Positions 30,029 through 39,854 of a stretch of DNA of 64,000 nt are shown piece after piece. The notes under the pieces are model-generated. The model was given only the letters and a program-made list of their open reading frames with translations. It was not told the DNA's origin and searched no databases. Numbering within the stretch: position 1 is the stretch's first letter; each line of letters starts with the position of its first letter. A program made the position numbers and the translations under genes. Source of the DNA: a virus (lineage: Duplodnaviria; Caudoviricetes); IMG/VR virus record IMGVR_UViG_3300032030_000075, positions 3,187 through 67,186 of that record, one strand, 5' to 3'.

Positions 30029-30382
30029 CTATTTGCACAAAGCCAATATTTTTTTTACCTTATCATAATAATCTTTATCTGCTATTCTACTTGATATGTG
30101 AAAAATGAATTCGGCATATTTTTCAATATCAATATCAATTTCATCTGAAATTAATTTATTGTGATAATCAACTAATTTTTGTTTATATTGTTCATCTTCT
30201 TCGTTATTTAATTTGGCGTATTCAATTTGAACTGAAAAGAATAAATCTGTCATCAGTCCTAATTCTTTTATTAAATTTTCACTTTTTATAAGTTCATCCA
30301 TTGAATAAGTATACCTTAAATCATTGTCAGCTTTAAGCAGCACTTCTTCAATATCCATTATTGTTTTTATAGTTACTAGCAT
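30029..30382 (-). CDS. Hypothetical protein, 117 aa
   Basis: ORF with plausible composition; ends in bidirectional hairpin 30009-30057. Confidence 0.65.
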   Translation of the reverse strand: MLVTIKTIMDIEEVLLKADNDLRYTYSMDELIKSENLIKELGLMTDLFFSVQIEYAKLNNEEDEQYKQKLVDYHNKLISDEIDIDIEKYAEFIFHISSRIADKDYYDKVKKILALCK

Positions 30383-30385
30383 AAT

Positions 30386-30718
30386 ATGAATAAAATTATT
30401 TTTAATAGTTTATTAAAATCTACCCAAAAGCCATACAATCAACATTTATGGCTTAACATATTGTCAGCGGTCAAAGAAAAAAAGAAAATTCCAAAACAAG
30501 AAAAGAATAAAATTAACGTTTATGATTACCTTATAGAATATAAGTTAGTTTTTGAAAATGGAAAGGGTGAAAAAATAAAAAACGATGATTTTATATATCA
30601 TACATATCTTTCAGAATTTGCAAATAAAGAACAAACATTCATAAGACAACTTATTAAACTAAGAGACGCAGTTATTGAAAGTGGAAAAACAATAACAACT
30701 GAAGCGGTAGTAATATGA
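30386..30718 (+). CDS. Hypothetical protein, 110 aa
   Basis: ORF ends at bidirectional terminator 30718-30752. Confidence 0.65.
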   Translation: MNKIIFNSLLKSTQKPYNQHLWLNILSAVKEKKKIPKQEKNKINVYDYLIEYKLVFENGKGEKIKNDDFIYHTYLSEFANKEQTFIRQLIKLRDAVIESGKTITTEAVVI

Positions 30719-30739
30719 AAAGAGTAGCCTTTCGTTGGG

Positions 30740-32074
30740 CTACTCTTTTTTTACATATATATCTTCTTCCCTTATTGGAGCGTCTAATTGTGATTCATAA
30801 TCTATTCTTGTATCAATAACTTCTTCGGGGTCAGTTCCAATAATTGTAATTGATGAGCTTTTATATTCATCGTCTCTTATTATACTAATGAATATAATGT
30901 CACCCTTATTAAGTGTAACAGCATCTTCAAAATCTTGTTCTACGTCGTTTATTTTAAACACAAAACTTTTAACATTATCGGTCTCAATTGATTCAATATC
31001 AACAACATTATCAACCGTAAATTCTATCTCTCTATATTCACAAATTGGAAAATCAACAAATATTTTAATCTTCTTATGAATATATGGGTCTTCCTCTTTT
31101 GGCAGACACTCATTTATTATTTCTTCTAAAATAACTGAAGGCTTTTTATTTATTGGTAATTCTACAGGTTCTGAAATATCACAATAATCAACAGGAATTG
31201 ATTTTTTACCTTTTAATTTTGTTGGTTCATCAATTACATTTATTTGCTCAGTCTGCTGTTCTAACAGATTATTGATATTCAAGTAATCTATATTACAAGG
31301 TACTTTATATTTTTCCTTTTTATTTTTTGGTTCAATTTTTATTTTAAATCTTGATGGTATTTTTGTTACTTTAAAATCTTCCTTTCTTATTATATAAGCC
31401 ATCAATTTAATTTGGTAAGATTGAGCATAATATTTCCTATCATCTATGCTATATTCTGACTCGTCTGTGATGTTTTCTATCACCATAGGCATAGGATGAT
31501 TATTTGGAGAAATATAACACTCTAACGCGCTAAATTCATAGTGCATTAATTCGTTAAATTTATTTAAAAGTTCATATTTATTACATATAATAGATACCGT
31601 ATACATGAAATTAACGGACAATGGTTGTTTCATTGAATATAGGTCGTATGCCTCTTCTCCGTTTTCTTGTAATACAGGAACAAAAAACATTGGATAATCA
31701 CGTTTTCCCGGAACGTTATAATTACCTCCTTGGCTTTCGCCATGTTGAGGATTATTCTCACGTGTGATTGTTTTAAAGTTCATTATAATATTACCTGTTT
31801 CATCAAGATTTTTCCACGTTTGAGAATATTCACTAAGTTTTTGATTGCTAAATAATTTATATGTAGGTAATTTTTTCCCATTATATGAAATATCCAATTT
31901 ATCTTCAACCCATTTGAAAAAAGCCTTATCTATATCAACATATTCTACGGGTAATGGGAAATATGTCTGATTCTCTAATATTAATTTAGACATATTTCTT
32001 CTGCGTTCAGTTCCAACAGCGTGGTTTCTGAGACGTAATCTATCCATATATGGTTTTGGTTGAATTAATGACAT
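30740..32074 (-). CDS. Putative neck / tail terminator-type virion protein
   Basis: DIDKAFFKWV...ITR...P.SVNFMYTVSI...YQIKLMAYI pattern; TATTTAT at 32092-32098 supports start MSLIQPK at 32074. Confidence 0.5.
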   Translation of the reverse strand: MSLIQPKPYMDRLRLRNHAVGTERRRNMSKLILENQTYFPLPVEYVDIDKAFFKWVEDKLDISYNGKKLPTYKLFSNQKLSEYSQTWKNLDETGNIIMNFKTITRENNPQHGESQGGNYNVPGKRDYPMFFVPVLQENGEEAYDLYSMKQPLSVNFMYTVSIICNKYELLNKFNELMHYEFSALECYISPNNHPMPMVIENITDESEYSIDDRKYYAQSYQIKLMAYIIRKEDFKVTKIPSRFKIKIEPKNKKEKYKVPCNIDYLNINNLLEQQTEQINVIDEPTKLKGKKSIPVDYCDISEPVELPINKKPSVILEEIINECLPKEEDPYIHKKIKIFVDFPICEYREIEFTVDNVVDIESIETDNVKSFVFKINDVEQDFEDAVTLNKGDIIFISIIRDDEYKSSSITIIGTDPEEVIDTRIDYESQLDAPIREEDIYVKKE

Positions 32075-32160
32075 TTTAACGAATTTTAACAATAAATATT
32101 TCTTTATTCAATATTTTTTTAGTATCTTTGGTTATATGTATAAATATAAAAAGAAATAAC

Positions 32161-32541
32161 ATGGCAAATAGTACTAAAATTGATAACGAAACGCTTGAAA
32201 TGCTCATAGATGAAATATCATGGGAATTGGATAACTATGATTCCATTAAATTGGATTGTGATGAACTTATTGAAAAAATATATAGCATATATAATAATAG
32301 TTTAGGTACAGAAGAAAACATCAAAAACATATATGATGTATTATCAAAACGTTATATTTCTGAATATGAAAATGGTATAAAAAAATGCGATGAAGAAATA
32401 AATTCATTTAAAACTAAATTATCCAATGCTTCTAATAACAATTATTTAAAGAATCTATATACCAATTTAATAAACGAAGAAATCGAAAAAAAGAAAAAAA
32501 TAACAGAACGTTTTGAAACATTAAAGAGCGTAGACAAATGA
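32161..32541 (+). CDS. Hypothetical coiled-coil protein
   Basis: ATG at 32161 downstream of TATCTTTG (32123-32130). Confidence 0.7.
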   Translation: MANSTKIDNETLEMLIDEISWELDNYDSIKLDCDELIEKIYSIYNNSLGTEENIKNIYDVLSKRYISEYENGIKKCDEEINSFKTKLSNASNNNYLKNLYTNLINEEIEKKKKITERFETLKSVDK

Positions 32542-32545
32542 AAAT

Positions 32546-33673
32546 CTACGCTCTTTTTTCTGTATTCATCCTTTCTGATTTAGAATAAGACGTTATAGGG
32601 ATTTGACCAAGTGTTATTGGTATAATCATCTTAGGATTGTATTTTTTAAGTTCGTTGCACATCATGTCAAGCGTGGCTCCTGATGATATATTATCATCGA
32701 ACACAACTATTATTTTTCCATCGAATTTGAGGTATTGAGGATATTCATAGTCCACTCCATTTTTAGAATATCTCACCGATGGATAATCATTTTCATTAAA
32801 CACAAATAAACCATCGAGAATTCTTCTCTGTTTATCATCAAGAGATTTTATTTGAAATGATTTTATATTTCCGTTTTTATCAATAGTTGAATCTCTACCA
32901 GGACGCCTATTTGCGCTTATAAGGTCATAATATGCGTTTATCTGTTTTTGTCTATCTGTAATGTTTCTACTTGGTCTTCCCCTCTTATGAGTCATTAATG
33001 CTGCTATTTCTTGTTTAAGCTGTTCTATTTTAAGTCTAAAACTTCTAATATCTTCATCTTTAGCATATTTGTTCAGTATGTTTTGATAGCGCGCTATTTC
33101 CTCATTAGACAAACCAAGTTCTTTTGCTGCTTTAATGTTTATTGTTATGTTTCTAACATCCTTTTTCATTGAGTTAGGCATTTCCATCACAGTTCCTTTT
33201 GGATAATACTTTGAAATCAACGAAAGCATTTCTCTATTAAATTCAGATGATGACTGCGGTGATGTAAATAAATCGGGATATACGCCCATTTTAGATAAAA
33301 TTCTCGTTATATAATAAGCACTTCTTTTTTTAAAATACTCTAAACTATTATTCGCGTTTTCATTGTCAACATTAACCATTTCCCCAGAAAGATTAACTCC
33401 ATGCTTTATCGCTTTATTGATGTTCATGTTGCGAATGAAATACAAATTTATAGACTTTAAACCACTTCTTGGAAGAACTTGTATTCTTGCATTAAACTCA
33501 CTTGTCCCCGGTTTAAATATGCTTGTATCAGAATAATAATTAACATTTGGGTCAAATTCAACCGTAGAAGGTATTGAATTGTTAGCACCATGCATGCCGC
33601 CGAATCTAAACCCTTCATGCTCAGAATTTTCGAACAATTTTTTAAACTGTGATTCTTTCAGTATAATTTTCAT
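32546..33673 (-). CDS. Tagged phosphoribosyltransferase-domain protein
   Basis: PRPP-binding loop IIVVFDDNISSGATL; SPQSSS; N-terminal MKIILKESQFKKLFE tag. Confidence 0.75.
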   Translation of the reverse strand: MKIILKESQFKKLFENSEHEGFRFGGMHGANNSIPSTVEFDPNVNYYSDTSIFKPGTSEFNARIQVLPRSGLKSINLYFIRNMNINKAIKHGVNLSGEMVNVDNENANNSLEYFKKRSAYYITRILSKMGVYPDLFTSPQSSSEFNREMLSLISKYYPKGTVMEMPNSMKKDVRNITINIKAAKELGLSNEEIARYQNILNKYAKDEDIRSFRLKIEQLKQEIAALMTHKRGRPSRNITDRQKQINAYYDLISANRRPGRDSTIDKNGNIKSFQIKSLDDKQRRILDGLFVFNENDYPSVRYSKNGVDYEYPQYLKFDGKIIVVFDDNISSGATLDMMCNELKKYNPKMIIPITLGQIPITSYSKSERMNTEKRA

Positions 33674-34107
33674 TTCTTCAGCACCTCGTTTACAATATCG
33701 TTGAAATTAAATTTATTTTCAAACGTATATAATTCATTCTCATCTGCCCCAAACACCCCATCATTGGCAAGGGCCTCCCTTGATGCAACGCTCATATCGT
33801 TTCTACCATATCCAACATTCCATTCAGGTTCTTCTTGCTCTTGTGGTTGGTTTTGTGCTTCAAGTTTTTCTGCCAATTCTTTTAACTCAAATATATGACG
33901 GTCAATACATGTGCAAGCGTTTTGTTTGTTGAAATAAGATTTACCACCACGACTTGTTTTTGGTTTTATACCGTATTTATTTAATAGCATATAAATAGCC
34001 TGCTCAGTATAGTTACCATTATAACCATGTTGAGCAATCTTTTTAACTAATTGTGATGTGGAAACTAAATTTTTAAATTTCCTAGATATGTTCGCTTCGT
34101 TTATCAT
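33670..34107 (-). CDS. Hypothetical protein, 145 aa
   Basis: ORF overlapping next start (ATGA coupling). Confidence 0.75.
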   Translation of the reverse strand: MINEANISRKFKNLVSTSQLVKKIAQHGYNGNYTEQAIYMLLNKYGIKPKTSRGGKSYFNKQNACTCIDRHIFELKELAEKLEAQNQPQEQEEPEWNVGYGRNDMSVASREALANDGVFGADENELYTFENKFNFNDIVNEVLKK

Positions 34108-34175
34108 TTTTTAATAATGTTTTTAAAAAAAATTCAAAAAGTCAAGTTTTAGAACCTTAAAAAATTATCCTATTA

Positions 34176-34718
34176 TCACGCACTGAATTCCGATTGGTCC
34201 ACTGGATAACAATAAATACTACGAAATAAGGGTCTAACTCCGAACAGCGTATGTGCATTATCATAGTTATTTTTTCCATCATTTGTCACGCTAAAGAATT
34301 CCATATGGTTTTCTGATATTTGGATTCCTATATAGTCACCATTTTTTATTTCTATCCCCAATTCATCTAATGTTTCTTGATAAACTCCCAATGTGAGTTT
34401 ACCTGTTTTCATATAAGTTCCTATGTTTTTCGTCTTATCATACGCTTTTAATTCAGGCTCTTCTATTTTATAAACGCAGTGAAACTCTACAGGTGTTTTA
34501 AATTGAACATTATCAGTTTGTGTTTCACCGTATACATCATTGACATTTGTCTTGGCAACATCAACAGAATATAGAACAGCAGTTTGGTTCATATCTTGTT
34601 CTATATAATTTTTACCAATTTCCAATTCAAAAGCAAACGATTCATCTGAATAGAAAATATTATTCCTATTTATTGGTACTCTTTTTATATTGTCTGTTGT
34701 AAATTTTAAATTTGCCAT
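34176..34718 (-). CDS. Putative neck / head-closure protein (T4 gp14-like)
   Basis: NDVYGET...FKTPVEF...LDELGIEIKNGDYI pattern. Confidence 0.55.
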   Translation of the reverse strand: MANLKFTTDNIKRVPINRNNIFYSDESFAFELEIGKNYIEQDMNQTAVLYSVDVAKTNVNDVYGETQTDNVQFKTPVEFHCVYKIEEPELKAYDKTKNIGTYMKTGKLTLGVYQETLDELGIEIKNGDYIGIQISENHMEFFSVTNDGKNNYDNAHTLFGVRPLFRSIYCYPVDQSEFSA

Positions 34719-34721
34719 AAA

Positions 34722-35402
34722 TTAAAATCTTCTCCTATAATATCGGTTATATATTTCTTCACTAATACCAGTATCTAACATAACAAGGTATGTGTTTCCA
34801 TTTTCTCTTACCATGCCCCAATTTTGTATATGTGCTAAATCACTAACAAGTTGGTTATGGTTTGCTTTTAAATCACTTATATCATTAAATAGAGATATTA
34901 CATCATCATTACTTTCATATTTTCTGTATAAATTATGAATTACATTATCAGCATAATTCATATTCCTTGACCCATAATTAAATCTATCATCAGTATTTCT
35001 TGCAAATATTTCAATATCTTTGAAAGGTATTCCAAGTATTTGTTCAAAATCTTTTTCTTCTGCTGGTAAGACATATTGTGTTATAACCCATAAACCATTT
35101 TCCTCGTCACTACCATTATATACTTTAGGAACATAATTCAAAAAGTTATCTCTCACTATAGACATTTCCTCTAAATTCTGTTCGATACCTTTTTTATTCT
35201 TAGCCAATTTTAAACATGTTTCATCATCAATTTGAAAAACAAGTCTGCTTGAACCATTACCAATGGGAGGTCCTAACATTTCCTTGCAATATCTTACCCT
35301 TTCATTAAAAGATTTAGCATTTGATAAAAAATCAATTCTAAATTCTGGCATCATTGCTTCATATATCTTTTTAAATTGAGATTCTGATAGAATAATTTTC
35401 AT
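34722..35402 (-). CDS. Tagged protein kinase-like protein
   Basis: Gly loop IGNGSSRLVF, LKLAK lysine, QNLEE helix C, DLAHIQNWG catalytic loop, LVMLDTG; N-terminal MKIILSESQFKKIYE tag; TATTTAT at 35422-35428. Confidence 0.75.
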   Translation of the reverse strand: MKIILSESQFKKIYEAMMPEFRIDFLSNAKSFNERVRYCKEMLGPPIGNGSSRLVFQIDDETCLKLAKNKKGIEQNLEEMSIVRDNFLNYVPKVYNGSDEENGLWVITQYVLPAEEKDFEQILGIPFKDIEIFARNTDDRFNYGSRNMNYADNVIHNLYRKYESNDDVISLFNDISDLKANHNQLVSDLAHIQNWGMVRENGNTYLVMLDTGISEEIYNRYYRRRF

Positions 35403-35506
35403 AAAAAACACTTTATTTACAATAAATAGTATGAAAAACAATAAACTTGATTATTTCAAAAAAAATCTTATATTTTATACAGAAGTATAAAATATAATTT
35501 CATAAA

Positions 35507-37465
35507 ATGGCGTTATCATTAGAAAAAATACAACAAGCATACAATATATTGAAGGAATATAAGGGTGATAATTCTTACATTATTGACCTTAAAAATGGCG
35601 TATATGCATATAAAGCAATAACGCTTAATGACTTCCAATCTGAATTCATTTTAAGAAATTACGATAAAGAGCCAATATTTGTTAATAAGTTGGTGAAAAT
35701 TGCAGATTGGTATGGAGAAAAGTTAAAAGAAAAATGGGAAATCGAATTTGTTCCAAAATTGCTTGTCATCGGGTGGTATTTGGGTGATACTAACACACAT
35801 TATGTGTTTTATTGCAAGTATAGGAAGTCACAAGAAAAGGCTATATTGTGTTTTGCGCCTAAAAATGGTGTTTTAACTGACTTTTTACTGGAAGATTATA
35901 ATAAATTAGAGATAGATTTTTCAGACGCAGAAGAAAAAAGCGGTAGAAAGGTAATGGAGCATCAAAAAGAAGCTTGTAAGTTCCTTATTTCAAGAAAAAA
36001 ATGCATTTTAGCTGATGAAATGGGAGGAGGAAAAACTTACAGTACAATTTTAGCGGCTTTAAAAGGAAATTTTGAACATATTTTGATAATTTCTCCATCA
36101 TCGGTTAAAAAAAGTTGGGAAAATGAGCTTAAATTACTGGTTCCAGAAGAAGATATAGTAATAGTTCAAGGCTCAAAGTGGAAAGATGCAAAATTTACCA
36201 TCATCAACTATGATGTGTTAGATTCGTTCTATAAGATACCAACACAAAAAATTAAAAAAAAGGAACTAAATGTAAATGATGAAGGCGAAGTTGTAACAGA
36301 ATATAAAGAAAAAGAAATTGTTTCAAGAAGTAAGAAAATTATTGACGAGGCTATGGCTGATAGTCAGCTATTTCAAGCAAAATATGACCTAATCATTATA
36401 GATGAAGCACACAGATTATCAAACAGCACATCAGGAAGATTTAAAATAATATCAGACCTTGTTAAAAGAAGTAATCCAAAGGGTATTTTTGAATTAACTG
36501 GAACAATGATAACAAATTCTTCAAAAAATTTGTATAATTTGCTTAAAATTATTGATGTTCCTATCACAAAAGATTGGCAAAACTATATGATAAGGTATTG
36601 TGGGGCTAAAATTTTTTATAAAAAAAATGAAAGAAACGCTCACACAGCACTTTTTTGCAAATCAGTTAATAAACCGGATTGGTTTCATCTTTCAAACGAT
36701 GAAAAAAGGCAACTTGATGAAATTTTAGAGAAAAAATGCAAGAAAATGTGTATTCCTGGCGATGATACAAACATGGAAGAACTTCAAGAAATAATAAAAC
36801 CATATTATTTAAGAAGATTAAAAACTGATTTTGCTGAAATGGTAAAGAAAGATGTCAGATGTTTGCATTATGAAATGACGATAAATGAAAAAGAATCATA
36901 TGATAAACTGTGGGATGAATATTTATCTCTTCAAGAAAATAAAGATAAAACAGAAAAGAATAAAAATCTTATTGAAGTTTCTCTTATGAGGCAATGGTTG
37001 GCTGATAAAATGATACCAAGAACTATTAGTCTTGCAAAAAAATGTATTGAATTAAATCATAAAATTATTATATTTTGTGCATACGATAATGAAATAGATA
37101 AATTCAAAGAAGAATTTGGAGATATGTGCGTATATCACAACGGTAAATTAACAGAAAAAAAGAAAAACGAAGCAGTTGAGAAATTCCAAAATGATGATTC
37201 AATAAGAGTATTTATTGGAAACATAGTAAGTGCATCCGTTGGATTGACATTGACGGCAGCAGATGTGGTATTATTTAACAATTTTAGCTTTGTTCCGGCT
37301 GAAAATTTGCAAGCGGAAGACAGAATTCACAGATTGAACCAAACAAAGCCTTGCACTGTATATTATCAATCATTTAATGGCACATATTTTGATAAAATGC
37401 TTGAAATAGTACACAATAAAGAAGAAGTAATAGATAAAATAATAATAACAGAAAAAGAAAAATAA
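35507..37465 (+). CDS. SNF2-family (SF2) helicase
   Basis: LADEMGGGKT, IIDEAH, LTGT, LRRLK, GLTLTAA, QAEDRIHRLNQ. Confidence 0.93.
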   Translation: MALSLEKIQQAYNILKEYKGDNSYIIDLKNGVYAYKAITLNDFQSEFILRNYDKEPIFVNKLVKIADWYGEKLKEKWEIEFVPKLLVIGWYLGDTNTHYVFYCKYRKSQEKAILCFAPKNGVLTDFLLEDYNKLEIDFSDAEEKSGRKVMEHQKEACKFLISRKKCILADEMGGGKTYSTILAALKGNFEHILIISPSSVKKSWENELKLLVPEEDIVIVQGSKWKDAKFTIINYDVLDSFYKIPTQKIKKKELNVNDEGEVVTEYKEKEIVSRSKKIIDEAMADSQLFQAKYDLIIIDEAHRLSNSTSGRFKIISDLVKRSNPKGIFELTGTMITNSSKNLYNLLKIIDVPITKDWQNYMIRYCGAKIFYKKNERNAHTALFCKSVNKPDWFHLSNDEKRQLDEILEKKCKKMCIPGDDTNMEELQEIIKPYYLRRLKTDFAEMVKKDVRCLHYEMTINEKESYDKLWDEYLSLQENKDKTEKNKNLIEVSLMRQWLADKMIPRTISLAKKCIELNHKIIIFCAYDNEIDKFKEEFGDMCVYHNGKLTEKKKNEAVEKFQNDDSIRVFIGNIVSASVGLTLTAADVVLFNNFSFVPAENLQAEDRIHRLNQTKPCTVYYQSFNGTYFDKMLEIVHNKEEVIDKIIITEKEK

Positions 37466-37472
37466 TAACGTT

Positions 37473-38288
37473 ATGATTGATTTAAGTTTAAACAAATACA
37501 AAATTAAAGAAATTAAATATGAAGTAAAAGAAGGAAAAACTGTCATATTTAAATTCCGTAATTTCGATATTGAAGACGTTGATGTCGTGTTAGATGATGT
37601 TGAAGTAGTTGAAGACAATAATAAATGCTGCAACAAAAAATGTGATTGTCATACAACAAAAACAGTATATGATGGTAATGCGGCAGATAAAATATGCTCA
37701 ACTGATAAACAAATAATTGATGAGCATATTGAAGCAGAGAATAAGAAAATAAAACATAGATTTGACGCTTTGGCATTAGATAAAAGTAGGGAATTAATGA
37801 ATAAGATAAAAGATGTTCCTTATAAGGTAATGGAAAAGGTTGGAACTCTTTATACTTTTGATGATGGGGTTGCAAAATATGAAACAAAAGAAGACCAATA
37901 TATTACAAACGATGAAAGAGAAACAAAGAAACAAAAAAAAATATGCGGCGTTATCACAGAAGAAAGTGAAGCAAAATTTTCTGTAAAAGATTTAGACAAA
38001 TATGGTCCGGCAAAACATTTAGATGATTATGAGCCATTTTCTTGCCTAAAAGGAGAAAAGGGTATGCAAGAAGCGTTGGAGTCTTCAAGAAAAAAAGAGT
38101 GGAAAGAAGACGTAATGACAAAACCATCAAAGCCAACACCGACCGGAAACGCAATAGTTCCTATAGATTATTCAGAAAAAGAAGAAAATCCAACAGTGCC
38201 AACTTCTTTAAAAGAAAAAGATGAGGCAAAACTAAAACCGATATTTGATGCCTTCAAAGATGGTGATAAAGAAGAAAACAAAGAATAA
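37473..38288 (+). CDS. Hypothetical protein, 271 aa
   Basis: ORF in operon. Confidence 0.75.
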   Translation: MIDLSLNKYKIKEIKYEVKEGKTVIFKFRNFDIEDVDVVLDDVEVVEDNNKCCNKKCDCHTTKTVYDGNAADKICSTDKQIIDEHIEAENKKIKHRFDALALDKSRELMNKIKDVPYKVMEKVGTLYTFDDGVAKYETKEDQYITNDERETKKQKKICGVITEESEAKFSVKDLDKYGPAKHLDDYEPFSCLKGEKGMQEALESSRKKEWKEDVMTKPSKPTPTGNAIVPIDYSEKEENPTVPTSLKEKDEAKLKPIFDAFKDGDKEENKE

Positions 38289-38689
38289 TGGAAGAAGAAT
38301 TAAAAGATGTTTTCCTATTATTTGTTAGATTAATAGGAGAAGAAAATGATGGCTATTATCGATATGAATTTATGTTCACTGATAATCCTGATGAAGCGTG
38401 GGGTGAAAACTTTGAATATAAACCATGTTGCCTTGTAAATGAACTTGTTCCATCGGAAGAATATATTACTGAAGTGCATATTGTAAAAACAAAAATTAAA
38501 CTTGATTTAATTCAAAATAATTGTTGTTTTGGAATGCAAGACGCTATGGATGGAATTGTTGCAATGGCATATGAGAATATGGACACATATGAAAATTATC
38601 CAGAAGACGGAAGGTTAGTTTTTATGTTTGGAGAATCAGAATATGAAGTTGAAAGGAAACTTGCAATGAAAAATATAATAATGATGTAA
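38288..38689 (+). CDS. Hypothetical acidic protein, 133 aa
   Basis: TAATG translational coupling; followed by terminator 38689-38716. Confidence 0.8.
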   Translation: MEEELKDVFLLFVRLIGEENDGYYRYEFMFTDNPDEAWGENFEYKPCCLVNELVPSEEYITEVHIVKTKIKLDLIQNNCCFGMQDAMDGIVAMAYENMDTYENYPEDGRLVFMFGESEYEVERKLAMKNIIMM

Positions 38690-38723
38690 AAAAGGTGGGC
38701 TAATTTGCTCACCTTTATTTATT

Positions 38724-38751
38724 GGTAATAACATCGAAGTTGACCCAAGTA
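38724..38751 (+). repeat. 28-bp repeat, copy 2 (GGTAATAACATCGAAGTTGACCCAAGTA)
   Basis: 26/28 identical to the reverse complement of 39403-39430. Confidence 0.9.
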
Positions 38752-38776
38752 TGTTAGTAATCATTGGTTTGACAGC

Positions 38777-39100
38777 TCATTTGGCAATTCTATTTTCAAA
38801 TTCATTATTATCAAACAGAATTACGCCACATTCTTTATCAACCTTTATGAACGGATTATCAATAGACATACCTCTTATATGCCGTTCACCTTTTTTACCA
38901 TTAAATAGACTATCATCACCTTGGTCAACCCATAAACGCCCAGTTCTCCCAATATTGGTTTCATCTTCAATTTTTATGATTTTCCATATTGCATAGGCAT
39001 AAAATTGGAGTGGTAAGAAGACGTAATCACCAACATTGAATTCTACTCCGTACTTATTCTTGAAAGTAGTAACTTGTTTTATTCTATTGTCCTCATTCAT
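38777..39100 (-). CDS. Hypothetical protein, 107 aa, inside inverted-repeat-flanked segment
   Basis: ORF with ATG; GVEFNVGDYV beta-rich start. Confidence 0.7.
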   Translation of the reverse strand: MNEDNRIKQVTTFKNKYGVEFNVGDYVFLPLQFYAYAIWKIIKIEDETNIGRTGRLWVDQGDDSLFNGKKGERHIRGMSIDNPFIKVDKECGVILFDNNEFENRIAK

Positions 39101-39106
39101 ACTTAT

Positions 39107-39337
39107 TTTCGTTTTCTTATTCCATAATTACAAATTTCGTAATCTTCAACCCAATCGTTCTTTTTCTCAGATTGATTTATATGGGTTTCACAATTTAGTT
39201 TTTATAATCCTTTTCTTCATCAACTAAACAACATTTCACCAAATATGCATTACCATATTCTAACATATCCCTAAAATCAATAATGTCCTAAGAATTATTC
39301 CAAATTCTCGTTCATCTAATTTTAAATTGTATGTCAT
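39107..39337 (-). pseudogene. Probable frameshifted small gene
   Basis: ATG at 39337 after TATTTAT (39375-39381) gives MTYNLKLDEREFGIILR then a stop; protein-like text continues in other frames (DFRDMLEYGNAYLVK, NDWVEDYEICNYGIRKRK). Confidence 0.4.
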
Positions 39338-39402
39338 AACGTTTTTTTTAAAAAATGGTATTTTTAAAAATAATATAAATAGTTTAGATAAACTTTTTTA
39401 GC

Positions 39403-39430
39403 TATTTGGGTCAACTTCGATGTTATTGCC
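39403..39430 (-). repeat. 28-bp repeat, copy 3 (inverted relative to copies 1 and 2)
   Basis: Plus strand TATTTGGGTCAACTTCGATGTTATTGCC. Confidence 0.9.
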
Positions 39431-39843
39431 TATTTATTAACCATATGTCTGCCATCAAATCTCATGTTTGATTTGTCTTTTGGATATTTATTCTGTAAAT
39501 ATTTCAAATCCAAATTATCATAATCTTCATCTGAATTGTCGGCATAAAACTTTTCATAATCAAACTTATTTAGTTCATTATCAAAATTTTTACGCTGCAT
39601 ACCCTTTTGTGATAATATTGCATCAATTGCGTCAGCATAAGCTTTTATTTTTTTCACATATGGATTGTTTCCATCAGGATTATACTTAACAGTGTCATAA
39701 AAATCATCAAAAGCAACCCTCATATCGTAAAATACATGCTCAGAAACATCTGAAGCATTTTGAACAGTTTTATGGCTTATTTCATTAATATCATTAAACA
39801 ACCTATTGAACTTATCCTCATTTATTGTAATCTTCCTTTTCAT
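39430..39843 (-). CDS. Tagged hypothetical protein
   Basis: N-terminus MKRKITINEDKFNRLFNDINE. Confidence 0.8.
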   Translation of the reverse strand: MKRKITINEDKFNRLFNDINEISHKTVQNASDVSEHVFYDMRVAFDDFYDTVKYNPDGNNPYVKKIKAYADAIDAILSQKGMQRKNFDNELNKFDYEKFYADNSDEDYDNLDLKYLQNKYPKDKSNMRFDGRHMVNK

Positions 39844-39854
39844 ATTCTCTCATT

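Noticed and set aside
38724-39430. 28-bp repeat as a XerCD dif site or integron attC
   Set aside because: Only ATGTTA matches the XerD arm, with no XerC arm or correct spacing; no extended attC hairpin. Kept as an unexplained repeat
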